A DNA stretch of 64,000 nucleotides from contig MNCI01001687.1 in the NCBI GenBank assembly GCA_015680685.1, forward strand, positions 346,255 through 410,254, written 5' to 3'. The DNA is from Gnetum montanum (Eukaryota > Plantae > Gnetophyta). The notes under the pieces were generated by a model. It saw only the letters and a list, made by a program, of their open reading frames with translations, did no database searches and was not told the DNA's origin. A program made the position numbers and the translations under genes. Positions 51,378 through 64,000 of this stretch are shown here, piece by piece. Position 1 is the first letter of the stretch, and each line of letters starts with the position of its first letter.

Positions 51378-54300
51378 TGTTGGTACATTTTAAGCCATTT
51401 CATGGAACAGGAGTTTTAGTCTATTTTAAAAAGAAGAAAAAGAGAATAAAAATATATATAAAGATTCATATGAGTTATATGGCGATGAAACACATATTTT
51501 ATTCTTTTTTAACCTTATACATCGACCAAAGAGTGCAATATTTCAGCATATTATGCGATGCTTATTGGGAAAGGGTTTAATTCAACCAGTTATGGGCTTA
51601 GAAATGGTTCAGTGGCAGTGGTGGATGTGGAAATATACATGGCTTGGTCACACAAGCATATTGATGATAAATATTAATGGAGATAGAATCGGTCCTGATT
51701 TTGATGCAGGCCAGGCTAGATTTGAATTGAAACCAATGAATAGAGATACCGATATTTGATCCTAATCCTGTAGCAATAAGAAGTTGTGTACTGTGACAAA
51801 TAATATCAGAAACAGAGGCGCATCTTGTGTTATAATGTGGCATAGTTCAGGCATTGGAGAAACGTTTTCTAGAAGCTAGAAAGACGGTATGCATACTCTA
51901 AAAGCAACGTTGTGGTTCTTACCAATACAGCAACCAAAAAATGAAATTATGAAAGTTATGCTTGCTGATAAAAAATGTTAAGAACCACTAGGGATAACCT
52001 CATATTCCTCTTGGGAATTTTGTCAAATGCTTGCTGCGTAAGGTTCAGTTTATGATAAATGATGAATTTGTAACCATAAGAACTATGAGGAATTTTGACA
52101 TACTGATAAATGATGAATCTGTAACCATAAGATCTGTGAACCCCAATTTCACAGCTAGGGCATGTAACCATAAGTGGTTTAATAGGTTTTTTGAAGTAAC
52201 AGGTTGCAGCAAAATCCAATAAACAAAATAGGGCTAAAATACAGGCAGTGGATGCAACACTTGGTAATGGATGCATGAGTAAGTTTTAAGAAAGGGCATC
52301 ATTCTTGAACAGGACGTACTGGCAACTGTGTTGTGGACAATGACACATGGCAGCAACATCATTGACATCGCGAATGTTGCTGCACTTGCTACATTGCTAG
52401 TATTTTAGTGCCCTAAGTTTCATGTTGGTAGCCATGCTGTGTGGATCAGTAGTGCGGGAAACCAAGCCAGAGGTCCAAATTTTTTTTTCTACTATGCCTA
52501 CACCTGTGCCTGTGGTTATGGGCAATTATAGGCAGAAAATACTGAGCGCTCCCAAGGACAAGGAATGTGTCTATTCTCTGCTAGAGATAGATGGTGATTG
52601 CATATGCGCCCACACCATTGGCTCTCTACTAAATGAACACCACACAACAACGATGCCAGATGTAGTGGCAGAGCCTTCTTCCACGGTGGCGGTTAATAAA
52701 ATTTTTTTTGCAGGGCGAGATAATCTGAAATTATTTACCAGTAGTTCTAGGCCTAGCACCTTCACATTCGGACCTAGTATTTTAAGCCATCACAGCAAAA
52801 TTTATACAGGGAAAATGAAGATAAATTATTATCTTTTTACTACCACCAATGTCTACTATTGTATTGCCTTTTTACCATCACCTAGTTCATAAAATTACTA
52901 GATCCTCAATAGTAATAAAAAATATATATATATATAATAAATTGTATTTAAACAAATTAAAATAAGAATAAAAATTATGTGTAGCTATTAGATTTATTTC
53001 TCAAAGGAAATATTCACAAAAGCAATATTTACAATATTTCTTCTAACTTTCTAACTTCCTAAGTTAATACTTCCTAACTTATTGGGCAAGTTACTTGGGA
53101 GAGAAGTTAGCTAAGATATTTTTGAGTATGTAACTACCTTTTGAANNNNNNNNNNNNNNNNNNNNNNNNNNNNNNNNNNNNNNNNNNNNNNNNNNNNNNN
53201 NNNNNNNNNNNNNNNNNNNNNNNNNNNNNNNNNNNNNNNNNNNNNNNNNCACTTGGAGACACACTTTGGGTCTTGGGAGAAGAGCATTTGTAAAGAAGAA
53301 AGTGTAAAAGGTTGCTTGTAAGATAACTTGATAAAGAAAAGATTTCAGCCTCTTTGTCATAGTCCTATGAGTTATGCTTATTTTTTTTATTTTGTTTAAA
53401 TTTTTTAGCTAGTGGTTTAGATAGTATCATCCTTGGAAAGTAATTTTGGAATTTTTAGATTACTCTTATTATTCTTGTTGCTCGATAGAAATTTTTGTTA
53501 AAATTTTTCCATAGAAGAGGTTGTGTTTAAAAGCCTTAAGAGCATTTTCGTAGTAAATTTTATTATTTTGCAACGTATAAGAACTGCTATTGGGATTGTT
53601 GTAAGAGAGCCTATGCTTGTAGTCATGTCATTGAACGATTCAGTAGTCAAGAGGGTTCAGAAAATCTTTGGTATTTTGATGGGACCAGAATAGCTTTTTT
53701 TTTATCTTTAAAGTGAATCTCTGTGGTATTTCAATCAGAATTGTGAAGTCTTTTGAAGGTTCTATTGAATGCAATTATTGACAACCATTATCAAGCCAAA
53801 ATGGACTCTCGTACATGGTAGTTTACACAGCAATTGTTTTTGGTAGCATAGTAGGATTGTCTTGATAAAATTGCTTGTTTGAGCCTTGGAAGTTTGAAAA
53901 ATTCATAGATATTGAATTTTTGATAGCTTTATTGTGAAGTGTTTACTTGTGTCATTTTACCTTGTTTAAATATTTGAGGTCCACGCAAATCTGCTTTTTT
54001 TTCTATCTATTTCCATCGAATGTTGCTCTATTTCTAGTTTTCTTATGGAACTATCTCTTTCTCTGGGGAAAATGAGAAGTAGATTCGCAGACTTGTGCTC
54101 AAATGTTTTTACAAAATTTTATGTTTTACAAGTAGGTATTATAAGGACTGCACAGACTAGGCAATAGAACGAAATAGGAACTCTCAACAACTCACAGTAC
54201 TTGGCAAGGTTGGCTAAATCTCTTTAAGATAAGTCATTTGTAGTTTACACACAATGCAATCGTTTCATATTTCACAACCACACACTGTAATAGCACACAC

Positions 54301-54427
54301 ACATACTCACATTAACTACTAAGTCTATTTGGAGGTATCTGGGCCTTGGTGTTGCCAGAGACCAGTAGGCACCTAAATCCTATTCGAGGATGCTCGTTGA
54401 CGGTCGCATCCCAAATGGTCGCCAACA
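51378..54427 (+). repeat. 3' LTR (~3050 bp, includes N gap 53146-53249)
   Basis: Direct repeat of 42032-45072; carries a private ~51-bp duplication at ~52050-52140. Confidence 0.97.
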
Positions 54428-54432
54428 CCCAT

Positions 54433-56930
54433 TAGTCCCACTATCTAGTAGATAATCCTTCTTGCCAGCATTCCCATCCCATAGTTTAGCAAATATACTA
54501 GTAAGCATGATCCTAAGTCACATCTCATTACCTTCTATTTCTAGTACTTGTTATTAAAATATTGGCCTCACTTGGTTATGCATGTCTTTCCTATATATTG
54601 AGAAAGCCTTGGATTGATACCATACATTACCAAGAGGATCCATTACCTTACTAAGGGATTTTATTTCATAGTTCATTAACCATTTCAAGTATAACATGAA
54701 ATGCAATACAATACATGATCAACTGATGAAGATCAAATAGGGATCCCTTGAACTTGTATAGAAGTTTATACAATGATTGAATTCTCTTCTTAATGAGATT
54801 TCTAAACCCATAGATGAGACTTAGCTTCTAGCCATTTTCAAGGGAATAAAAAATGACTTTATTAAGTCTAAACTATAATACCTTGATGCAGGGTTACTTA
54901 GCCAAGATTTCTTCCAAATGAAAAACATAGAGAATGCTACTAAAGCTAGCAATGATCTTGCCTATGTAACATACAAGAATAAACATACATGAAATGATAA
55001 GAAAAAAGAAAAAAAAACCATGTAGCTATGGCCACTATGGCCAAAGAAATAAAAATTTCTTACAAGCTAAAAATAAATCAACCAAAGTTTCCTACCACCA
55101 TTGCTTAACCTTCAACATTGGATGCCAGTACCTCTAACAAACTTAGGCCTAACATTAAAAGAAAGTACTAGTCCAAATACTTGAAGTTGCTTATGAAACC
55201 ATCTAAGCTTCTTAAGTAGTTTCTTAAGAGTGGGCATGTCCAATATAAACAAATGACTGAAACTACTCACAAGATGCATGACTACCTGTGTAGGATCATT
55301 GAAGATCCCACAATAGCTACCAAGGATGATCCACCTATTTCCAAATATTTTAAACTAGACCAATTCTACTGTTATCACTAGCTTCATGGCCACAACACTT
55401 AATTTTGCTTGGCTTTAAAGGATAATCTACAAAAAATGATATAAAATGATGAGTTAGTTCTAGATACATTAAGCCTAGTTAAGGCTCTAAACAAACACAT
55501 GCAGGTGTACAAAGATCCACTAACTGCTAATAACATTTCGTACATGATAGCCACATTCAATGTTAGAAACAATCTTAAACTTGCTAGGGAGCTTTTTGTG
55601 ATTTGGATGCTTCCTTGTGATGAAAGGTCTTTAGCTTTATTGAGTTCAAGGAATCCTTTTTTTATAAGGGTATCATCACCTATGCCTTCCAAAGAATAAT
55701 TTATCATTAGAGTGTCCTCAAACTATGCATAACTCTATGACCCAAGTTGATCAATATCCTCCCATCATGGATAATGTAACAACCCCTATATAACTAGATA
55801 ACACAAAGTTCCCAATGAAAAAATGTACGGAGTAACCTCATAAGCCTAGGACTACAAATAGTTTGGAATCAAAGATGTGAAGAAAGGTAGTCCTACCAAA
55901 TTCTATGCGTATCTTAGCTATTCCCATGAGCTCCAATGCTCAAAGTTCTTCAATGAGTTCATCTAGGAAGAAGAACAAAGAATAAGAGAAAGGGAAGGGG
56001 CCTAAAGCACAAATGCTATAGCATGAGGTAAAAATTATAGAAAGGATGAAAGAGGTTTAAGTAAATAAGAATGAAAAACCCTTGAACAATAACAAAGACT
56101 TCCTCACTACCTTGGAATAAGTTAAGCTTTCTCTCAAATAGAAGAACATCTCTTTAATCCTAGATGACCTAGTGATGACCTCCTCTACACAACACATGGC
56201 CTTGATTGAAATGTTGACCTCTAGCCTTGTCAATGAAGACATTCATCCCAATGAAAATTCATTCAAGTAGTAATGGTACCACCTTCACCTAGGGAAGAAA
56301 CAAAGTCAACTATCTTAGTGTTTCATGACACTGAGGTAAAGACTAGTCCACACACTAACAAAGTGTCAAAATCTCCTCTCTTTATAACTATAATATTTGG
56401 ACAATATAATGTACATTGAATACATGTTGATGATAGAGTGACCACAAATGTTATACCTTTTACCATCATAGATTACTTTCAACTTTGCTTTTAAGTTTTT
56501 TAATAGATCACATTTAGTGGTGAGAGGATCTATCTCTTTAGACTTTAGCATCTGGAAATAATTATCCATGTTTACCAATTTCTTAGTAGTGTAAGAAACA
56601 CTAGGATTCAACCTAATCCTGAGGAGGCTTTCGTTACCTAAATTAATAATATTTTCTTTTCCTATCCATCAATAATTTCACCAACCTTACAAGGAAGGTA
56701 AATTCATAATACACAATGATAGTGCAATGCCCTTGTTAGTTAACAATGTTGACATGGAGCAAGAATCTAAAGTAAAGTTTCAAGGAGAGACCTACTATTA
56801 ACAGATAAGTCATGAGATACAATGATGTTAGCTAATCCAAGACCAAAAACAATCAATCCATGAAGAAAACATGCAAAGAGCTCTCATTCAATGTTGTTGG
56901 TAAAAAAAATGGAAAGTATAAGATCATGTA
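54433..56930 (+). pseudogene. Family B copy 2 gag-protease (continuation of ~41260-42031)
   Basis: FSKYTSKHDPKSHL; KASNDLAYVTYKN; FYCYH*LHGHNT knuckle at ~55365-55400; MQVYKDPL; protease at ~56370-56700. Confidence 0.8.
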
Positions 56931-57849
56931 AAAAGTGGCCTTACACATTTCCTAATCTTTCACAGATTAGGAAACAGTTGCATGATTGAGTACACCATCC
57001 AAATATCCAACCTTCTAACATTACCATGTAGCCTTTTACATTATATCCTAATTTTTATCTCTTATTTGTATATTTTATTTTAATTTACTTTGATTAATAA
57101 ATTTTTTACCTTATTATGAGTTATTTACCACATAGCCTTTGCTTTACATTCTTGCATCAACTTTAAAATTTTTTTATTTTCCTTTTGTATTTTCTTTAAA
57201 AAATATAAAATTCCATAAAAAAACATAAAATCATACAACTTTTTAAACATAAAGCCAAAAAATAATGGCCTACCAAGCCTTAAACTAATGGCCTACAAAG
57301 GGCTAAAACTAGTAATGTCATAGTTTCCATTTTCTTCTATCACTTATAGCCTATGATGCTTCATCATGCACCATTATTATTTTCTTACAAGACTTTATCT
57401 TATAACATTATTGTTATAATGCATAAATATTTTATGCATGAAAACATAAAACTAAAAAACTAAAAGTATCTAAAATATCTTTTATAACCAAAATGTCCAT
57501 ACTAGCAAGCATAGTTACATTGTGTGATGAAATGGCAATAACGAAAAAAATAAATAAAAGGTCCTATAGCCATAATTTCACTATGATATAATCAAAAAAT
57601 AATAATAAAATATTACATGATCACTAATGGCTATGATAGCCAAAGTAAATAACTACAATACCATAATTAAAATGACAAGAGTGTAGCATGACTAACATAG
57701 CTAAAACTAAGCTAGAGAAGGAAGAGAAGTATCATTACCTATATCATCACCAATGCTATGGCCATTACCTAAGGCCTATAAACAATAAAATCATAAACAG
57801 TTAGTAATCATCATATCTAGAACATACCTATGAATCCATAAGAACTAAG

Positions 57850-59745
57850 AATATAGTAAATCTAGAATATAACATAAAAAACTATAAAACTTTAAAAGAA
57901 AACAAAATTGAGATTTTGGGGCAATATCTTCTATGGAAAAGTTTTGAAGATCAGTATCTAGCCTATGAAGAAATTTCTCTTTACTCATGTTTATGTAGTC
58001 AATTTCTCCTAGATCTACCTCTGCTAGGATCTTTCTCCTTTCAATGTTTTTCCACCTAGAAGATGCTTGGACAAGAGTATTAGTGGTAGTCTTTCTCAAA
58101 GTAGTGCTGATTTGAATGGAAGTAGAATTGGATAGCACTACTAAATCCACAAACATCTTGAAGGTGTCCTTTACATTTATCCCTTGTATAAGTAACTCAA
58201 GATTTCTACACTTAACAAGCTCCTCATTCAACTATTTTAGATAACTCTCCTTCTTTGCTTTGTATTATTTCTTGTGATCCTTTTGTTTACTAACTCACGC
58301 AAGTACCCAAGCATAATAACTCCTTCAGTCTCTATTCTTATGAATAGTAGATCCATTTGCATGTCCTTTTCTATATTACTCTTAGCCTAAGCAACCTTGC
58401 TCTTGATGGCACTGTAGTAGTGTGACCACTCTATTTCCTTAGTATGCAAAGAGTCTCTATTGGCCACATGGGTCTCTATTAACTCTTTATGATTTCTAAG
58501 TCTCCTATTCTCATTTGACAACTATTTAACCTACTTTTCCAAGGCCACAACCTTCTCCCATAGGAATTTTTTGGAGTGTTGAAACTCCCAAGATGTTTTG
58601 GCACATGAGATAGTAGACTGAGTAACCCACTTGTATGATCTCTATGGAACATTCTCCACCTTAGGTGGTAGTGTAGGAAGCTCATTGAGCTCAACATCAT
58701 GTGCAAGATCCCATCTAACCTTGAACACTGCAATGGCCAAAGCATAACATAAAAATGAAAATATAATAAAAACAACCAAATTATTTTAACCATTAAAATA
58801 ACATAATAAACAAACCATAAAAATATAAAACAAAAATTTAGAGCAAAAATATGCTAACTATTATCACCAATAGTTGGGGCTATCTATTGTATCCATTCAA
58901 CCATATTATCCAGCATGCCTTGCATGAATTCTACCTTGTCTAGAATCTTAGCATAAGGCTTCAAGAAAAGTTTAGATGTCAATGATTTTGGAGGAGGTTC
59001 ATGTACTATAACAAGCATAATCATCAACATAATTTGTAGAAAACTGACATAAACATTAAAAGAAAAATATCAATAAAATTAAGCAAGTACCTAGAAGATT
59101 AGAAGGCATATCCATAGGGGAGCTAACTCCTAGAGGTGAGTTCTCAAATAGTATCCATTACATATAATGCTTCATTGGATACTCCTTCTTCCTCATCTTT
59201 ATGTATTTTCTCTTCTTCTTCCTTACATCTTTGTTCCAATTCTACAATAGCCTATGCTACTTATCCTTGTCTTCCTACAATGACAAAGGTGAAATATAGA
59301 ACAAGTTTGCAAACTTTTGTTAATAATGATATATTTAAATAATAGCATAAAAATATATAAATACATACAAAATAACAACATAAAAAATCCATTTATACAT
59401 ACCTATAATAGAGTAATGCATATTTCTAAACATGATCAATACCTTCTTTTGTGCCAATTGATCAAAAATAGGTATAATTTCTTCAACTAATGGATTATTC
59501 ATCTTCTCTTTAGCTATACAAACAACTTCTACACATACCCTCTTAGCTTTCTTATCACCATCATGTGTAGCATAGAGTTCTATTCCCATGCTATTAGGGG
59601 AAGTGCAATGCATACAACTAAATTTCTTAGTAGTAACTAATAGAGATTCTTGACATCTTCAACTAATGGATCTTGGACATGCATCATTGGAACAATATGT
59701 TTGGCCCAAGGCTTGGAAAACTAGGAAGGATCATGGCTCATTCAC
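57850..59745 (-). pseudogene. Antisense multi-exon gene of family B copy 2
   Basis: FKVRWDL..SWEFQHSKKFLWEK..MQMDLL is homologous to the + strand exon at 3581-3965. T-rich intron-like blocks on the minus strand at ~58745-58860, ~59040-59090 and ~59330-59440. Confidence 0.55.
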
Positions 59746-59882
59746 TTTTCATCTTTCTTAACCACATGAAATTTCACAAATCTCCTAAGATATATAGCAA
59801 AGAATGCTAAATGCATATGGCATATTATATCAAGGTTATTGTATAATTTTTGGATTTCATCACACAAGCTAGAAACTAAGAG

Positions 59883-61253
59883 TGTAGCCTAGTTGAACTT
59901 AGAATCATAGGTGAAAACATTATTCATGATCCAAGCTAAAACACCACTAATTTTGGCCTAGCACTTTGAAGTGAAAATGACTCAAGACCTTTCAAAGTTC
60001 TGGGAGGCAAAATTTGGCTAAGGCATTGAGCTCACACTCAGCTTGCCCAAGGCAATTTGCTCAACCTCACCGTGAATAACTCCAAGTAGCGTCAAAATCA
60101 AGTCAAAGGTGGAGGTCAATTGTTCGAAGTTCAAAATTCCAATGTTTAGTATCCACCATCAAGATTTCAGCATTCAGCATTTAGTGTTCAGTGTTAAAAA
60201 TTCAAAAAATTCAAAATATAGTATCAAAAATTGCATTTCACCTCACTCATGCTAAGGTCATGTTGAGGACATGCCCAACGTGACTACCTAGTGTGAGTGC
60301 AGTGTGACTATCAGTCATGCTCAAACAAAGACACTCCAAACACATGCTGAAGACACACTGAAGCGTAGAAACCTCACGTTGGGAGCCCTGGTAGAACAGA
60401 GATGGCTTGAAAAGCCTTGAATTGACATCTCGACATCCAACAGGTGATCCATGATCAAGTGAGCTGGGATCAAATTTTCTTGTTGTACATCTTCACTTGT
60501 GGGCTTGTTGAGCCCTCACAGTTTAAATTGCATGTACTCCCATGGGCTTGAGTAACCCACAGGTTGTAAGATGCAATGTACTTGGCCAAAAACATAGCTT
60601 GCCCACACATGACCAACTCGTACATGGCTATCTATCGGACACATGTCACTTGATCTATTTTCTTGTTAAATCCCAATCATTGATTCCATTTTGGAATTCT
60701 ACACCTGAGCCTAGCCCAACACTATAAATACCTTATCAATTCACTTAACCAAAGTTGGCAATTTTGAAGGTTGACAGCTTGGGAAGCATCGACCAATAGT
60801 CTAGGGTGCTTAGACACACTTGACTCCTAGCATCCAAGCACTTCACACATCATCCTAGGGCTTAGTGCTTGACCTACCATCCACACACACAGCTACGCTT
60901 TGATCGGTGCACATTCTTGTTTAAACAATATAATAAAGTTCATTATTTCCTTCCATTTACATTTTCAACTCTTTTTATGCTCTATTTACAATACATTTCT
61001 AGATACATTCTATTTAAATTTTGTGCATCGTTGTTTATATTTTGAACATCAGTTTACAATAACCCTGCGCAAGCCATAGTTTATGCTTGGGGAAGTCCTT
61101 GGTTGATTTGCCTGTAGACCATCTGATGCACTTTGCCTTCATGTCCTTTTCTAGCTTTCCATCACGCGAAGGCAGAGTCAGCTATGTCTGCCTAAATATT
61201 TTTCAGTGTTTTTTTTCCTTTCTAGCCTTACACCGACGATGTAGGTTAGTACA
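59883..61253 (+). repeat. Putative 5' LTR of family B copy 3 (left boundary uncertain)
   Basis: Ends ...GTTAGTACA at 61253, 6 nt before a PBS; contains CTATAAATA at ~60722 and AATAAA at ~60932. Confidence 0.5.
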
Positions 61254-61259
61254 GTAAAA

Positions 61260-61276
61260 TGGCACTAGAAGAATGG
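61260..61276 (+). promoter_or_regulatory. Primer-binding site, tRNA-Asn type
   Basis: TGGCACTAGAAGAATGG, nearly identical to the family A PBS at 45080. Confidence 0.7.
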
Positions 61277-61559
61277 TTGAACATGTTTATCATTTAATCA
61301 AAACCCTGATCATGCTATAATACTGACATTGGAAGATGCTATAGTAGTCATGCTACTATAGTACTCACATTGCATGCTACTACAGTACTGTTATAGTATT
61401 TCTACAGTGTTGCTATAGTGTTTCTTCAACAAAAACACACAAAATGCATCCATTTCAAAGCCGAATTCACAGTAATTCATGCCTAACTTCAAGCCAGTCT
61501 AAGTACTGATTACCACCAACATGGATCACCTTGTCCAATACATATAATACACACAACAT

Positions 61560-64000
61560 AATGATTTTGAGATGACTTCCTATTACCCGAGATCGCCATC
61601 TGAGTACGAGTATGATTTTGTGGCCCTAACGAAACCTAATAGCCCTTAGGGCCTTACTTTCTTACAACAATCATAGCACTTGGAGCACACACCCAAGGCA
61701 TTCACTTCATAGTCTACACACATTGGGGCCAAGCCCCAAACAATCCAAACACCTTATACATATGATGAGGCCCAACCCCAAGAAACACAAGTACCTTATG
61801 CCTACGCTGGGGCCATTCCCCAACCTCCCCAACTTCAATGCAACATTTACGCAGGCGCCGCATGTGCCATGCCTATTTCACCAGTGCCTCAGGCACCTGC
61901 TCATCATCTATCCAGGATGACCTTCAACTATCCATGGCCTAGTATGGCCTTAAATTGCCAACACACATCCAGTATGACATTAAACTACCAAAAACCATAT
62001 GCCATGACATTAAACTCCCAAAGCCCACAACCAGTGATCCAACCCTTCACCACACAACCTATGTGAGTCCATTCAACACAAATAGCTGGTGGATCTATGA
62101 GTTGGGAACAAGTGTCCCAACTCATCTAGACTTTGATGGAGGAAATCAACCAACTTAAGGCTACGTCCTCAGACACACCCAAGGTGGTGGAATTTTATTG
62201 TGATGATATGATCTATCCTATGGTCCCACCCCTTACACTACTTGTGGGCAGTTCATTGCCACATCTAAAAAAATACAATGGTCATAGTGACCCCAATGTA
62301 CATATCATCAAATTCCACACAGAACACATTACGTTGCACTCCTAGCCATATGCCATTCTATGCCTCTTTCCCCTATTACTCACTGGCAAAACTTTAGACT
62401 GGTACCGTGCTCTACCCCGAGCTTCCATCGCATCCCTCAAGGAGCTCATACACCAGTTTGTGACATGCTTTAGATACAACATTAGACCTGAAGTGATAAT
62501 TGACAAGCTCCTCCATGTCAAACAAGGACCCCTGGAGCCCATACTACCCTTCCTCCAGTGATGGAGTGACACAACCAATGAAATGCTTGAGCCGATCGCA
62601 GAGACACATCTCCTGGCAACCTTCAAGGGTGCAATCAATGACTTCATCAAGTTCAAAATGCTCCACCAGGATCCAAATTCTCTTACCCAGGCCTTTGAAC
62701 AAGCAAAGGGCATCAAAGAGGTAGCAAGAGCAAGCAATGAACCATCCTACTTAGCCTATAGGAGCCAACACAAAAAACAACAACATGCACAAAAACACAA
62801 ATAACAACATGCACAACAACAAATGCAACAACTACAACAAACACAAAAAACATAAATAGTGTAGGATACACAAGAAACATCAAACGCAACAATCACAATA
62901 ATCACTATGCCAACACATGCAACCAACAAGCCCATGGCCTCAACACCCCAAGCCGCTAGCTCTAGCTTTGGGGCCACCACACAAGCTGCTCCTAGACATG
63001 AGCGCGAATGCAAACACATACCCTTATCGGGAAAACCATCCAAATTGCTAGAACAGCTCCTCAATGCTAGTTTGGTCCAATGCAAACACATGTCAGATGA
63101 TGCCTACATAGACAACCAGAAAAACTATGAATTGGCAATCATCCCACTACAACATACAACGCATGTGTCAAACAAAATTTTGACTTAAGTGCATACTTCC
63201 ACTACCACCAAATGTCTGGACATGACACAAACACTTGTTGAACATTGGAAAAAAATTTACAAAGAATGGAAAAGAAAGGATTGTTCAATGCAGTGCAACC
63301 GAGCAGTCCCATACCTTCAACAACTTCCCAAAACAAGAGACCCTTCATCATAAGGGAAACATCTAACAACCCATTTGGTACGATGTTAAAGTGGTAGCCA
63401 CAATCCATTGTGACATTAAATACACAAGTTTCTCCAGTGACATCCACACCAAGTCCAAGTTCTAGCAACTTGGCCACATACAAGCAGTGGCAACCCAAGT
63501 CACCAACGCCTAAATCACAAACCAGTCCTAGCTCTACCCCTAGGGCCACTAAACAAAAATCCTTATGCATTTCCCCTCCACAAGAGCTCTACATTATGGC
63601 TCACACAATAGAGGAGGCTCCCACCACAAAAAACATAAATGAAAACCTCGCAGATGTACTATCTCATACACATAATGCATTAAAACATAAGAATGGAATG
63701 CCTACCTTTCTCAACCTCATCTTAACATCATCAAAGCATTTCCAAGCACTAGCACACGTGCTCGCCTCCATCCTTTCTACAAAAAACATGTCTCCAACTA
63801 AAGACACCATTCATGGAGCCATTACATCCCCTGTACCACAAGATACAAATACAACGACTCTAACCTTCCGCAACAATGATGTCAAGATCGACCCCAAAAA
63901 AGGAAAGGTCACACATGCACCATTGAACATTAGTGTAAGCATCAAAAAATACACAGTATGTAGAGTACACATCAATGATGGCGTGGTATTAAACATTGTT
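61560..64000 (+). pseudogene. gag: Family B copy 3 gag and start of protease (runs off the window)
   Basis: LKKYNGHSDPNVHIIKF..LFPLLLTGKTLDWY..SIASLKELIHQF (Retrotrans_gag); CILPYHQMSGHDTNTC-like knuckle at ~63190-63240; HAPLNISV..RVHINDG at ~63915-63982. Confidence 0.85.

Larger units (their letters stand above)
42032..54427 (+). mobile_element. Family A copy 3: full-length Tat-type Ty3/gypsy LTR retrotransposon (~12.4 kb)
   Basis: Two 3-kb LTRs with TGTTGG...CCAACA termini; perfect TSD CCCAT (42027-42031 and 54428-54432); PBS, gag-PR-aRH-RT-RH-INT, 3' ORF and PPT all present. Confidence 0.97.
38932..59880 (+). mobile_element. Family B copy 2 (boundaries approximate): putative 5' LTR ~38932-40008, PBS-Asn-like ~40016-40031, gag-protease split by the intact family A element, antisense gene
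   Basis: TAGCACTAGAAGAAG resembles the PBS at 61260. The gag frame rejoins across the CCCAT TSD (DDP|ISP). Protease SPLFITI..IHVDD at ~56370-56440; no RT afterwards. Confidence 0.65.

Overview
AT-rich, CpG-depleted eukaryotic DNA, most likely from a large plant genome (gymnosperm-like by inference). The window is one deep nest of Ty3/gypsy LTR retroelements with no intact host gene. Four element families and one rolling-circle-like insertion can be resolved. Family A is a Tat-type gypsy with the order gag-PR-aRH-RT-RH-INT plus a separate 3' ORF. One copy is complete (42032-54427, 3-kb LTRs, CCCAT target-site duplication) and two are decayed. Family B is gag-protease-only and carries an antisense spliced gene (two copies end after the protease; a third runs off the window). 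Family D is a chromovirus fragment (integrase C-terminus, chromodomain, LTR). Family C is the most unusual: a non-autonomous element with ~570-bp LTRs related to D and a tRNA-Met PBS. It has no gag/pol, but carries an internal 5S-rRNA-derived segment (3 copies) followed by a CCR4/nocturnin/ANGEL-family EEP nuclease reading frame (2 copies, one nested inside the other). A Helitron-like insertion with a PIF1 helicase remnant and a 517-bp terminal palindrome sits in one C LTR. All coding regions except the family A 3' ORF are pseudogenised. All calls come from manual reading and translation; no database searches were run.
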